Positions 11,803-24,000 of a DNA stretch of 52,495 nucleotides are shown in pieces. Made by a program: the position numbers and the translations under genes. Under the pieces are notes generated by a model. It made no database searches. It had not been told where the DNA came from and saw only the letters and a list, made by a program, of their open reading frames with translations. The number at the start of each line of letters is the position of its first letter. Within the stretch, counting starts at the first letter, position 1. This DNA is from Girardia tigrina (lineage: Eukaryota), in contig MQRK01213901.1 in assembly GCA_001938485.1 (NCBI GenBank), positions 1 through 52,495 of the forward strand, given 5' to 3'.

Positions 11803-11984
11803 CAAGACAAAAACAAAACAATAAAAAGATATCAACGATTGTCATTCGAAAATGATGTATCTAATAATTACCGATTTGAACTTGTATTTGCAGGGAGGAA
11901 TTTCAAATATAAAAAATATAATTCAAATTTATAATAAAAAATCGGATTTTAATTTAAATTCCTAACACTTATATTTGCAAAGAA

Positions 11985-12300
11985 AAAGATAGAACAAATG
12001 GCTATATTAAAACATTTGATTAAACGAATAAAAGAATATGGGTTAAAATTAAACCCCAAGAAGTTTAATTTTGTGACTCAAAAACAAAATTTGTAGGATA
12101 TATTGTAAGTGAAAAAGGAATTCAGACAAACGAAAATAAAATAAATGCCAAGCGCAATTTTAAAAGTCCATTTTATATTAAACATTTACATAGTTTTCTT
12201 AGATTGACTTATTATTATAGAAAGTTTATTATGGGATGTGCAGCATTTATAAACTGTTTGGAAAGTTTATACAGGAAAAACAATGGAAAAAGCTTTACTT
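11985..12300 (+). mobile_element. Gypsy reverse transcriptase C-terminal fragment
   Basis: YGLKLNPKK.F / FVGYIVSEKGI..NENKI.A..NF.SP...L.SFL.L..YYRKFI, with one frameshift. Confidence 0.75.
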
Positions 12301-12377
12301 TACAAAAGAATAAGGTGATTAATAAATTAAAATGAATTCTTATGGGGGTTGTATGAAGGGAGATTTTAGATTTATAT

Positions 12378-12890
12378 TGTCCGTTTCTCAGAGAAGATAA
12401 TGAAAGATAATATATACCGTTATTTGTTCTCGAACTGATACTATTGTTATCAGATAAACAATATTTGTCATAGATGACGGACTGACATTGACTTTGCTTT
12501 TACATTCCGCTTCGTATAGAAAACGTTCAACTTCTACATCTCTTTGACAATTGTACTCTGTAGAAATGCCTTCATTAACTTTACAATTCGATTTGTTCGT
12601 TGCTGTAAATACAAATAGTAGTGCTGTTTTTATTGATGCTCGATAAAGGTTAGATATTGACTTTAAATAAATCCAATCGCTAATCGCTCTATTAACACTT
12701 TTCAACGGTCACCGAATGTCGTCGGGTTCTCATAACGATTCTCGAGAGAGACGATGAGATTCAACAATGTGCCCGAGAATTTATCAAAACGCTTCAAAAG
12801 AACCACGCCCCGCGAACCCCAAGCATATCTGACCCCCCTGTGTGGGCCAAATGCTCCCAGAGCTCGCGAAACAGTCAGTATTATTTAACA
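12378..12890 (-). mobile_element. Possible solo LTR
   Basis: TG..CA ends. On the minus strand a GC-rich block precedes TATTTAAAG and then AATAAA. No target-site duplication, so boundaries are uncertain. Confidence 0.3.
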
Positions 12891-14594
12891 ATTACAGTGG
12901 CACCTATAGTATCAATTTTATGTTTTGTCATTTAGTTTTTCTAAGATTCCATTTATCAGCTATGAATATTAAACGCTATTCGACAATAATTTCCATCATT
13001 TTTGTCATTTAGTTTTGATTAGTTTTGATTATCGCTTTCTCAAAGATCAGATACTTGTTTAATATTGTATACTTCCTTTTTTATTCCTAATTCAATTCCA
13101 AATTTATTGAGAAAATCTATTCCAGCTATAATCTTTGGTTCATATCTTCTACTACATTGAAATCAACCAGTTTTTATGTTTCCTATTTTATATTTAAGCT
13201 TTATAAGGCCACAATTATTTAGCTCTGGTCCATTGGCAATTATATTTTTTTGTTATTTCATACTCTTATAATTATAATCATATTCGATTTAATTACGTTC
13301 TTTTAAGCTTCAGTATCTCACAAACAATCAACATTCACATATTTAGCGTTTATGCCACTTTCATTATCTAAAATTTCAGAAGTCATATTTATCGAAAAAC
13401 TTTATTAATAAAAATAATACACATATATAAATAAATTTCTGGTTAATCATTTCACCCAAATTCTGTTTATTAAATTTTTATCTAAATTTAATTTTTAAAA
13501 TTTACCTTACAATTATAAAATTTATTTTTAAATTATATTTCTAAATTTTTATCATAAAAATATAAAATTTTAATTTACAAACAACACTTTAAAAAATTAT
13601 TTCTCAAAAAGATTTTAATTTTCATCTGTTTATTATTTAGTTTAAAATTCTTATTTTTAAACTTCCATTAATTATTATACTATTAAAATATATCAATTGT
13701 TATTTATATAAACATTTTTTTTAATTTTAAAAAATTATTTAATTTTTGTTTGTTTTTAAAAAATCATTTTTAGCTTTTCTTCATTTTAAAACTTTAAGAA
13801 TCATTTAATTTTTTTAAAAATGTATTTTCACACATGAAGTAGGGTTACCATTCATTTTATCATACTGTTCAAATAATCTTGTGTTTTTATAAAACGATCA
13901 ATAAAAAATCAAATGATTTTATAAAAATTTTATTTTTCTTTGATGTACAAGGTTAAATATTTGTTGTATTTGACCCCTGGCCGATTTTACAATCACCGAG
14001 AATCTTGACGACTACTCGGGATCACAATTTATTTTTTCTTTTTAAAATCGTACTTTCCAGTACAACTATATGTGAATATAAAATTTTTCTTTAAATATCA
14101 GTATAATTTCTTTAATTACGTGTGTAATTGAATTATTTCAACTGAATAATTTTTCTCTACTGGTCTCTGACTTTTATATCAATAAATGTCTTATTCACGC
14201 AATCGTATTTTAACTATCGTACAATAATAGATCGGCTTACAAATCGAACTACTTGATATCTATCAAGACGCATCGAATTTTAACGATGTGAATTTTTTTA
14301 ATTCTTTTAACCTTTTATATTAATTTAAGTAATTCTATTAAATAAAATATTAATAATTTTTATTTATTTATTTTCAAAAATCTTGTTTCTTATTTACTTT
14401 TAATATAACTTATTTATATAAGAAATATAATTTTGCTCTTTTAAAACATAAATATTTGCATTTATGAAAATATAAATATTTACTAATTATTTTATTAATT
14501 TAAACAAAATACATACAATATACATTTTAAAATATTATCTCAACAATAATGAATATTATGCATATATTTTATAATATTACTTTGATTATTTCCA

Positions 14595-15165
14595 TCGATA
14601 TTAGAATTTCAGATTCCTTCTCTTTTTTTGCTGATGATCTAATTTATAAAAAGGAGGCAGAGATTCAGGAACTTACGAATAGATTGCACAAAGTGCCAAA
14701 GAAATTTGAAATGGAAATCAATAGAGAAAAAAAGCAATTAATGGTTTCAGAAAGACGTAATAACTCGGTTAAACTGAGATCGACATTGAAGAGGTGAAGC
14801 TGGAAAGAGTTAAAAGTTTCAAATACTTAGGCTCTAATATCAAAGAGAATGGAGGAACTGAAAAAGAAATCAAAATCCGGATTGGTATTTCAACAAGCAC
14901 AATGATTAAACTTAGTACAGTTTTTTACCTGAAAGAAATAAATCTCAAGAGTAGAATAAAGATCATTATGGTTATTGTCTCGCAACACTTCTCTATGGAT
15001 GAAAGAGCTAGACAAAAAATCAGAAGAGCATGTATAGACTTAAATGCTCGAAATGAAGTGATACAAAAGAATACTGAAGTTCACGTGAAAGGAAAAAAAG
15101 ATTAATGATTTCATCTGGTGGAGAGTGACAGAAATACTAGGTAAAAGACCGGAACCAATAGAAAA
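14595..15165 (+). mobile_element. Non-LTR retrotransposon (RTE-like LINE) RT fragment, decayed
   Basis: FADDL, MEINREK, LERVKSFKYLGS..ENG..EKEIKIRIG, TLLYG motifs with frameshifts. Confidence 0.8.
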
Positions 15166-16189
15166 TTTAATACTTGTTTTATATGTATGATATTTGTAAA
15201 GGAGTAGTTACATTTAGAACCTCATAATATTTAGGGTGCCCGAAAAGACCCGTGCCATTCTCAAATATGCCATATCTGTCAGTATCAGTTTATCTTGATA
15301 AAAATATTTTTTTTACTTATAGTGAGAATTGTATTGTACTTTCCGGACACCTTGTAGACAGTAAAATTGTACATGTATCATTATTAATAATTATGAAACT
15401 GTGGCTTATATTTATTGTTTCACCATCTAAGTTTTACGTTATGTTTAAGTTAAAAAGATTATGATTAAAATATTGATTAAAATATTTTATAATCTTAACT
15501 TAATATTATTAGTTAATACTTCACTTTTGTAACAATAATGGATTAACATCCTTTTTTGTTAATTTATTTACATGAACCCCGTCTCCTGGTATTGAGCCAG
15601 ATGCTTTTTAGGAGATCCTGGGACGCTGATAGTGCCTTCCTATTTGTTTGGAAATCAAATTATGTTTTATTTATGTGTTATTATTATCGTCTCCTCCTGA
15701 CAGTTTCGAATCGAACCGACATCTATTTATTCAAAGATTTATTCGAGATTCTCAGAAAATTGTTAATGACAATCGCGGATAATTTTTTATCGCCTTTTGA
15801 TTGCTTGATTACGCTTGATATGTATAAATAAATGATACTGTTAAAATATAATTAAATAAAAAAAATAATTAAGTCGAAAAGAAATAAATAATTTAAGAAA
15901 TTTAAATAATAAAAAATCCCCATTTATTTGAAATAAACTGAGTTTGACTCAATTTTTGATTGAATCTCATTATTGAGTCATGTGAATCTTGGTTTGTTTT
16001 TTTTTATTTTCCAACCGATCGGCAAGTGTGTGCCAAATTGATAGAGAGAAAAAGGAGAGTATGTGTGCCAATAATAATTGGCCGAAAGAATGAAATACTC
16101 ACTCTGATTGGTTATTCACAAGAGCGAGTATTTGCGGACAGATTTTGAAATCACAATGTCTAATTTTTTGATGATTTTTAACATTTCAA

Positions 16190-16475
16190 TTTCTCGATCG
16201 AGAGTTTTATGAAATTTGATTTAAAAGCGATTCAATTTTGCTCGATTATTTGAATGTTTTTCTCGATTTGGTGAAGTTTCATGAATTTTTTTTTGGCAAT
16301 TGTATTTCTCAATTTTTGAATATTATTGTATAAAATGAGACTTTCTTTAAAAAAAGAGATACTCGATTTATGAAATTTGTTTTGAAAGCGATTCAATTTT
16401 GCTCGATTATTTGAATGTTTTTATGAGACGAATTTTCCTCGATTGATGATTTTAAAGTGACTCGATTTATAAAAT
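16190..16475. repeat. Degenerate direct-repeat array built on CTCGAT
   Basis: TTTATGAAATTTG.TT.AAAGCGATTCAATTTTGCTCGATTATTTGAATGTTTTT occurs at ~16207 and ~16367; CTCGAT recurs about 7 times. Confidence 0.7.
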
Positions 16476-16738
16476 TAGGATTTTTTACCAGTCTCTTGTG
16501 GTTAAACTTGAAAAATTGTGCTACAATTCTCTTTGGAGAGAACTATGATCAATTTTTATTTTTTTTAGGTTTTATTGTCGATTTTTGAATTAAAAATAAA
16601 GATTTATATTTGGACAATGAATGATTTTTATGTATTTTCTGTGTTATTGAATATAAATAAATTTCATCACTCTACGATGATTTCAATTGTATAATCAAAA
16701 CAATAAACAAATCGATGATCGAATTTTTAAAATTTAAA

Positions 16739-17234
16739 TGAGCCGCAGCACAGAGTGTTCAGATGATCCACAGTGCGTCACTGCTACCACCGTCTGGTTT
16801 TCGGGGCAACTCGGGGATCGGGTAGAACACTACTGCTCCCAAAATGGGTATTGGCACAGCACTGCTTCTTTTGATAACAAGCATCATCGCAACCTTGCAC
16901 AACCTGATTAATTCATCAAATATCATAATAATTCTCTCTCTATCGACTGCGGGTTCAGCTGTGTGTTGCCTTCACACTCAGAATAGTAGCAAGACTTCGT
17001 CATTGGATTACTGGCCCACTGGTACTAAGATTTTATTGATGACATTTAATGGCAATAATTCGGCTGGCTTTCAGACACTTTTGCCCAGGGACAGACACAA
17101 ACTCTTTTTAGTTTCTCATGGACACTACGTGCAATGATGTCTGACTGTCTCGCTCATGTTACCAATCTAACCAGTCCCCAATTTACTTACGTAATTAATT
17201 TATGGCGCAAATGTTTGGGTACCCAACCTGAACA
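16739..17234. mobile_element. Solo-LTR-like GC-rich insertion downstream of the innexin
   Basis: TG..CA ends flanked by TAAA on both sides (weak in AT-rich DNA). The right end GGGTACCCAACCTGAACA resembles GGGTAGCCAGTACCTCAACA at 27739. An alternative left end is TGTGGT at 16497. Confidence 0.5.
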
Positions 17235-17579
17235 TAAAAAAAATATTTCTCAAAATCATATTAGATAAACTACACATAGTTAAAAATTTGCATTTAACTA
17301 TATAAAAAGTTATTTCATAATTTAATTAATTACTATTTAATTAAATTAAATAAATTTTCAAATAAAATTTTATTTGTATTTTACATATGAAATGTAATAT
17401 TTTAGAAGTTGGCTCTGTAAGTGGATAATGTCAAGGAAATCTTTAAAAATCGTATTACAATAAAATTGATAGTACAAATTCAATGATGAGATGCGATAAA
17501 GCTGCAGAGTCTAAATCTACTAAACTGCAGAATAAAAATATTTATAAATTGAAATATTTGGAAGTTTTAATTCTTAACT

Positions 17580-18060
17580 TTAGACTATATCATCATTATT
17601 GGCTCCACTTGATAGAGGTACACATCGATTGCTATTACCGAAGCAAACTCCACTTAATTTTGACTTTTGGCTTGGACTCAGAGAAGCATGTCCATATTTC
17701 ATATCTTCAAGTTCTACATGCCTTCGATGGCGATATATCATCCACAATTCATTGGCTAGTTGACTGGCTACAAACTCAGAACTATTTGTAGAAATTAAAC
17801 GAATTATGAAAACTACATCAGCACCGAGATAATGTTCTACAAAGTGTCTACTCAATGGCCTATCTGAAGAAACTAAAGATCCCATGATATGCAGATGTTT
17901 CCGAATAAATTGTACTCGAAAGCGAGACTGGAGAAGTCTTCCGGTCCAATTTATAAAGCTAAATGTATTGATAATGGCTAGTAGGGCAATCCAGAACCAG
18001 AGAATTATAAAGATTTTTTCTAGGATCATATTTATTGGAAGAACACATTGTAATGTATAT
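17580..18060 (-). CDS. inx: Innexin coding exon 3 (end of EL2, TM4, C-terminal tail)
   Basis: Acceptor TTTATTTTAG|ATATACA; reads YTLQCVLPINMILEKIF...NNDDIV*. Confidence 0.95.
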
Positions 18061-21000
18061 CTAAAATAAAAAGATACAAAAATAAAAAATTGAAAAATTG
18101 AAAAAAATATTTTTGTGAAATTCGTATAAACATGAAAAGATTAAAATTTTTAATTTATAATGGAATTTTTTTTAAAGTATCCTATACTGCTTTTGGCCTC
18201 GACTTCATAATTATTAATTTCTATTTATTAATTATCGAAATAAAAAATTATTTTCGACCAATAATATATAACAATTGTATCATATTAAAGTATATGAAAA
18301 ATTAAATTTCTTATAAAAAGGTTTTTAGAAATACAGAAATTAAGAGAAAATATTTTGATGATTATTTTCTTTTTATCTTTTTAATAAATGAAATTTATAT
18401 TCTTGTACTTTAAATTATACAAAATAGATAAACCATCTTTTTAAGTATCAATTATGACAAGGGAAATTGCTGAAAACGTAAAAAAATTTCAAAGTCCCTG
18501 TAAATATTTTGATTTAAATTCATTTAACACAGAAAAACTCTCAAATTAATTTTACAAAACTCTTTAGTAATAAGGTGTGTTCACTAAAAAAGTGTACAAG
18601 TTTTAAAACCATCATAACTTTTTAATTAGACCTTCATATTGACGGAAATCTGAACAAAGACTAGATCATAATAACACAATAACTATTTTATTATATCAAA
18701 CTATTAAGGCCATAAGAGTTAGCAAGCATTATTCTTTGTCTAAAATTTGAAAATAATGTCCTAAAATATAAATTGTTAAATTGCTTTGCTTTAGTTTTGA
18801 TTCTGCGAATCAATTGGTCTTCAGAATCGGCAGTCCAACCCTTTTCATACACCTTCTCCTTTAAATGAGCCCAAAACTTTTCAATTGAGCGTATTTGGGG
18901 AGCACAAGGTGGATTCGAATCTTTTTTGACAAATGGAATTGTGTTGTCCTCTAAGCACTTCAGACTTGCTTTGGCGTAGTGACAAGAAGCAAGATCTGGC
19001 CAGAAGATGAAGTGACTAGCTGGGTATTTCTCATTCAGATAAGGAAGCAAACGCTTCGTTAAGCACTCGGAGATATAAATATCCGAATTAGAAGCTACAG
19101 ATTTCCATTTCCTGATGTACAGGTTTGAAATGCTTCGTCTGGAAACAGTTACCCAAACCAAAACTTTTACTGTGAATTTCTCTCGAAATTTAAGGCGAAT
19201 ATTATCAGGTACATCACCGAACTTCTTTTGGTCCAAATAATAACCCGATGTCATTGCTCCGGTGAGTGTAAAATACAACTCATCATCAAGTACAAAGTCG
19301 GTTTTGGTCTTTTCCACAACAATTTTAGCGAGATTTTGCAACCTGGCTTTCTGGCGAATAATCTGTGTCGGAGTAACCTTTGGGGCTTCTTTCCTCTTTC
19401 GAAACACTATGTTATTAGTCTTGAGCATCTTATGTACGTAAGACTTTGAAACATTCATTTCTGTACCTAATTTTCTCACACTTTGTCCAACAGTCAAAGT
19501 TGCACGCTGTAGAAGTCTCTTCCTTTTGTCTGACGTCATTTTAACAGGTGTCCTTCCACTTCCTACTTTTCTTTCAATGCTGCCGGTCTTCTCATAGTGT
19601 TGTATTATTGCATATGTACCTCTTCTGGAAAAATGAATGCCAGTAAACTTTGTCACAGTCTCACTTTTACTGTGCGTTTTGAAAAAATTGATTATATATT
19701 CATGTCGTTTTGAAATCATTATAATTGTCTCTAAAATAAAACATTTTAAACCAAAAATTTTAAATACCTGCTTTACTATTTCTAACCTATTAAAACAAAT
19801 ATTTAAATTCCAAATTTACGAAATTAAATAATATTACATTAAAAAGTTATGATGGCTTTAAAACTTGTGCACTTTTTTAGTGAACACACCTTATATATAT
19901 ACATATATATATACAATGGCTACCGCAAAATTTTTTCTGAGGGGTCAAAATGGAAAAGAAATTTAACAAAAAGAATTTATAAAAAATAGTTCAACCAAAT
20001 TACAAAAATCATATGTTTTTTTGAATTTCATCAAATTTTTATTATATTTCATTAAAATAACTTTGCAGAAAACTTCCTAGGGATGTTTTCAACAATTTTT
20101 CAAAGTTTAGTTACAATCGGTGCGATAGTTTCTGAGTCTTTTCAGGCATGTGTATACATATATACACTCATTTATATATATATATATATATATACAACCC
20201 ATTAAACTCAAAACAATCTGAAATCTCATCGATGCAATTCGACTGAAATGTGTGACCAAATGGCAATCTGAGAGAACAATGTATTCTCTCAAGTGTACCC
20301 GGTTTGAGACTGATGACACAGTATAATAACACATTTCGTCAGTGCAAGACAATCAGACACCGGTAAAATACATTTCGTTTTGAATTTTTTCGTTCTATTT
20401 AAGTTGTTAAAAATATAATTGATTTTATCGTCAGATGACTTTACAATGTTTACATTCTGTCGATAAAATCAATTATTTTTTGAACAACTTGGAAAGAACG
20501 AAGAAATTCAAAACGAAATGTATTGTTTTTAAACGAATTTTGGTGAGTAAAAATATTTCAACGAATATTTTTGTTCCTTTTTTGTGTTATTATCGAATTT
20601 TACTGAATAGCTTTTATGAAAGATTAATTCGAAATTGTGATCTATTTTGTCGTGATTGATTAATTATTAAAACGAATTAGAATTTTATTAAAAATAAACT
20701 AAATTTAAAAATTTGATTGTTAATAACGAATAAAGAAAGCTTATAATATCGAGCTCAATCCTGATCAGTCTGAATAACATAAAATGGACCAAACACGAAA
20801 TTCCCGACCGCCATATCTATGCTACCACCGTCAGGTTTTTGTGGAAACCTGGAGATGGTATGGTTCATCTAATTATTCTCATATTTTTTACATTTTTAGT
20901 TATTTCTCTAATTTTATTTCTACTTTATCTACATTTGGGGAAATACAAATTTTGTATAAAAATCTTTAAAAAACGTGTGATTTTGAATATTAAAAACCTT

Positions 21001-24000
21001 AATTAGAAGTAATTGAATTATTTAAAATTTATTTGTATTTTATGACTCATTTTATATATTATTTAAATTACTTAAAATTATATCAGACGTTATTATTAGG
21101 AAAGTTTTAAAGGCATTAAGAATAATTTATTAATTTTTTTTAAATAATTATTTTTATTATTAAATATTTTTTTAAATCACCTTTTGTAATTTCAAATGGA
21201 TAATTTGAAATTATTTGAGATTAATCCAATTAACAATCTCAACATTTAATACATCAATGAATCATCATCAGAGGAGATAATTATCTAGGTTTATCTAATA
21301 TCTAGGTCTCTTCCTTCCTGATTGCTCATTACAAGTATCATTCAGAACTAATAATTCTTATAACTTTTCGGGAGTCTAAGTCTGTGTTGCGTGCCAGAAG
21401 TACCAAGTTGATTACGGGCTCTGCTTATGCGATTCCACAATCACTCTCAGAAAGTAGCGTAGCAAAGTCAACTTTCGGACACGTTCACCTAAAAATGGAA
21501 TTATACCCGATTTAATTTTCCAGGAACACTACGTGAAGGTATGTACAACTGGCTTACAAAGGTTACCATTGTAACTGCTCCTCAAAATAATATGTAACAA
21601 ACGTAACTCGAAAATATTCTCCACATGCCTTTTTCATATATATATATGAATATATTTAATCTGCAATTTTTCGTATTAGATTACGGCATCATAAACCGTG
21701 GGAGGATAAAACAGTAAGCGTAAGTTTTTCACAAAAAGAAAACAGTGGTGTAAGGCCAAATTTCGGTGACTTCCGAAGGAAATCCGTGACAAATGAATAT
21801 CAATAATTCTAACTCGTTGCAGTGTACAGGACAAGTGATTGAATTAATGAGCATTTCTAATCATGTTGTTCGATGATTAGGCCTTAGAAAGGAAGTTATT
21901 TGTTTGCGTCTTCGAAGGCAACCAAAATAAATAATTTTTACATTAGCTTGGAACACGATTCTAGTTATTTCCATGATATATGATTGAGAAGACGGACAAC
22001 AATATTATCTATTTCCGCTGCTCACCAAATACACGATGTATGGTCTTTTAATATCCTGAGTGTTGTTTTTCCGCACTTTCCTGTGTCTTTCGATGTTTTT
22101 GAAGTCCGAGAATTTCAGATGATATTTGGCCAACGATGTTTTATTTCTTCTGTAAACTTTTTTTTAATGTTTGGTTCATATTTGTTCTTAATCCAGCAAT
22201 TTCGTATTACTTTTTAAGTTTTTGAATTTTCCAAAAATAATAAATTTATTTTTCTGAGATTTTCAAATTTCAGTTTGTTTGTAAAGGTCTATTATTCAAG
22301 ATTGAATGTTTTAAATTGTGTATGGATCTCCTGTGTTTATTTAAGTGCGCTGAAATCGGATTTGTGATTCTCTCACCCAATTGGAAAATTGATGCTTTAT
22401 CATGTTTTATAATATTTGATCATTCTAACAGAATTTACATTTTTAAAATTAATGCCAATTTAATAATCTGATAAAATTTAAATTAAAAAAGTTATAATGT
22501 AGGGTAATTTATAATATAAGTAATATTTTTCAAAAAAAAACAAACATGTTTATTGTTTTTTATAACGACATTTGAGAGGTTTGACTAATTTTAAAATTAG
22601 TTTAATTATTTTTTTAATTTTATGAAATCTTTTAAAATTAAAAGAATAATAAATGTTTGGGAAATTTGATCGAATAGTCATTATTAAAAATTCAGAAACT
22701 ACACTAATTAGAACGATGGCAAATGGTGAAAGAACTTCGGATTTGTAATGACTCTAAATGTAATAGTAATAAATGTTTGTATAGTCATTGTGTCGGTGTT
22801 CTTAACAATATGTATAGAAGAAGACCTTTTTCTTATTACTTCGATTTGATTTAATTAAAATGACAATTTAAGAAACAGCGAATACTACGGCGGCATATTA
22901 AAATTTGCATTTCTGTGTTCATTGATATTTAAATATATTCTTCTAATGAATTATTTTTAAAAGCACCCAGTTTTCAGGTAACAATATGCCTTTGTTTAGT
23001 TTTTAGAAGAAACATGAAATATATTAGGAAAAATAAATTATTCCTGAGACTTATTTGGCATGTAGAGTATTTCTCCATTTACTTAATGAAATACCACTTA
23101 AGATGCAATAATACGAACAGCTGTAATCTGTCATTAGCATAAGTATATCTCGAATTAGAAAACTAAAGTTTATACTAACTTAGTATTGTTATTTGCTCGT
23201 AATATTTTTACATTTGTAATGCAAACTATTGTTTGGGGCCCATGACAAGAGATTCTTGTAAAACTGGAGTATTTTATCAAACTAAGCACACGAGACACAA
23301 ACCTTAAGGAAATCAACATAAAGGAGACAGTTATAAAAAAAATCTATGGAAATTAGAAAGGATAATCAGAACATATAAGGATTTAGTGACTTTTTCGTCA
23401 TCATTAAAAATAATGTTAACTTTTATCATAAGAAATTCATTATTAAAAATCTGGTTACTAAAAATATATATTAATAATTGTGGTGCTCGAAAATTGCAAA
23501 AATTATAAATAAAAAAACTGATGATTGTTTTAATAATTCAATGAACAATGAAAACATAAATAGAATTTTAAATTAAAAAAAATGAAAGTTTTAAAATAAA
23601 AATTTTAAATTAAAAAATGTCAATTGTTGTAAAAAAAATAAAGTTTAATGTTTTCGTTTTTTTCTCAGTTATCGTGGACCTTATATTACAAATTCATGCG
23701 GTGCCCGCGTAACTATATCACCCCGCGACAAAACAAGCTGATTGGACGGAAGCCGGTGCTGTTTTGCGCGAGCTGATTGGGCATCGCTGATCGACGTGAT
23801 CTCGCCAGTCGGGCGAACCAATGTCGAGTAAACGAAGCAATATTACAGCCCACCGCTCCTGATTTCACTGCTCGAAGGGTGACTGTTATGAATCAGTCGC
23901 AGAACCGACACACAACGACGAGTCGGCTGGTTTTTGCTGGACTCAAAAAGTACACAGCTATTTCCAGGTCGCTGTGCCGAGCTTTGCGACAAAACGAACC

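Noticed and set aside
20298-20362. Hammerhead at CTGATGA
   Set aside because: CTGATGA simply pairs with TCGTCAG and no GAAA follows; an ordinary hairpin, probably in a TE end.
21360-21560. LINE RT fragment
   Set aside because: Only a faint resemblance; too decayed to support by eye.
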